A stretch of 39,054 bases of DNA, taken from the IMG/VR virus record IMGVR_UViG_3300001263_000001. One strand, 5' to 3'. The notes under the pieces are model-generated. The model had not been told where the DNA came from. It did not search any database and saw nothing but the letters and a program-made list of their open reading frames with translations. The translations under genes were made by a program, and so were the position numbers. Origin of the DNA: a virus. Positions 38,867 to 39,054 of the stretch are shown here, one piece after another. Within the stretch, counting starts at the first letter, position 1. Each line of letters opens with the position of its first letter.

Positions 38867-39052
38867 TTATTTGCTTTCATTCATTAATTTTTCTATTAAT
38901 TCAATAATGAAAACTGACTGAGATTTTCTTCCTCTGTTCGCTTCAAGATACTCAAAATATTTTATATCTTTTTCAGGGAAATATATTTGAAGTCGCTTAA
39001 CCATCGCCAGAGCCATAGCCATAGCCATAGCCAGAGCCAGAGCCAGAGCCAT
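38867..39052 (-). CDS. ribbon-helix-helix (Arc/Mnt/CopG-like) protein with an N-terminal (Ala-Met/Ala-Leu)n repeat; the gene continues across the window junction to ATG 47
   Basis: VKRLQIYFPEKDIKYFEYLEANRGRKSQSVFIIELIEKLMNESK has an RHH pattern. The upstream residues MALALALAMAMAMALAM are encoded by the hexamer array. The core alone could start at ATG 39004. Confidence 0.7.
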   Translation of the reverse strand: MALALALAMAMAMALAMVKRLQIYFPEKDIKYFEYLEANRGRKSQSVFIIELIEKLMNESK

Positions 39053-39054
39053 CG
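39005..39054 (-). repeat. hexanucleotide array (GCCAGA/GCCATA/GCCATC), right-hand copy
   Basis: The same array as 1-47; 39018-39054 is identical to 1-37. Confidence 0.85.

Overview
The window reads as a complete, AT-rich genome of about 39 kb from a P22-like podovirus. The first 37 nt equal the last 37 nt, inside a GCCATA/GCCAGA hexamer array. The simplest reading is a circular or terminally redundant assembly of 39,017 bp once that overlap is collapsed.

Layout:
(i) 0.6-5.9 kb, + strand early-right operon: an XRE regulator, a lambda-O-like initiator with iterons inside its own gene, a lambda-P-like protein, two more XRE regulators, many small ORFs and a DUF1064-like protein.
(ii) 6.0-7.0 kb: a three-gene antisense cassette.
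(iii) 7.1-25.3 kb, + strand late operon: TerS, TerL, P22-type portal, scaffold, P22-type coat, gp4-like and gp10-like tail adaptors, unknown tail proteins, a cupin-SET fusion, three ejection-type proteins (one with an SLT lysozyme domain) and a beta-helix tailspike.
(iv) 25.3-27.5 kb lysis cassette: single-TM holin candidates, a muramidase with a PG-binding domain and a C-terminal TM segment, and overlapped spanins.
(v) 27.9-34.9 kb accessory region of four short transcription units in alternating orientation. These are an alpha/beta-hydrolase / pentapeptide-repeat / RHH / Ala-rich-protein operon; a lipoprotein + SleB-like hydrolase operon; an operon of small membrane, lipoprotein and Cys-rich proteins, including a Cys-every-third-residue repeat protein; and a DUF262 + Cro-like moron.
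(vi) 35.0-38.6 kb, - strand early-left operon: ERF annealase, YqaJ exonuclease, SSB and a strikingly eukaryote-like CDC123/D123 ATP-grasp protein.

I found no integrase, no S24-peptidase CI repressor, and no tRNA, rRNA, CRISPR array, transposase or reverse transcriptase.

The most noteworthy items are the four-gene hydrolase/pentapeptide/RHH operon, the CDC123-like ATP-grasp, the cupin-SET protein inside the virion module, the Cys-triplet repeat protein, two near-identical operator-containing promoters on opposite arms, and several tandem or phased repeat sets next to two paralogous RHH genes.

All family assignments come from motif recognition by eye. None has been verified by a search.
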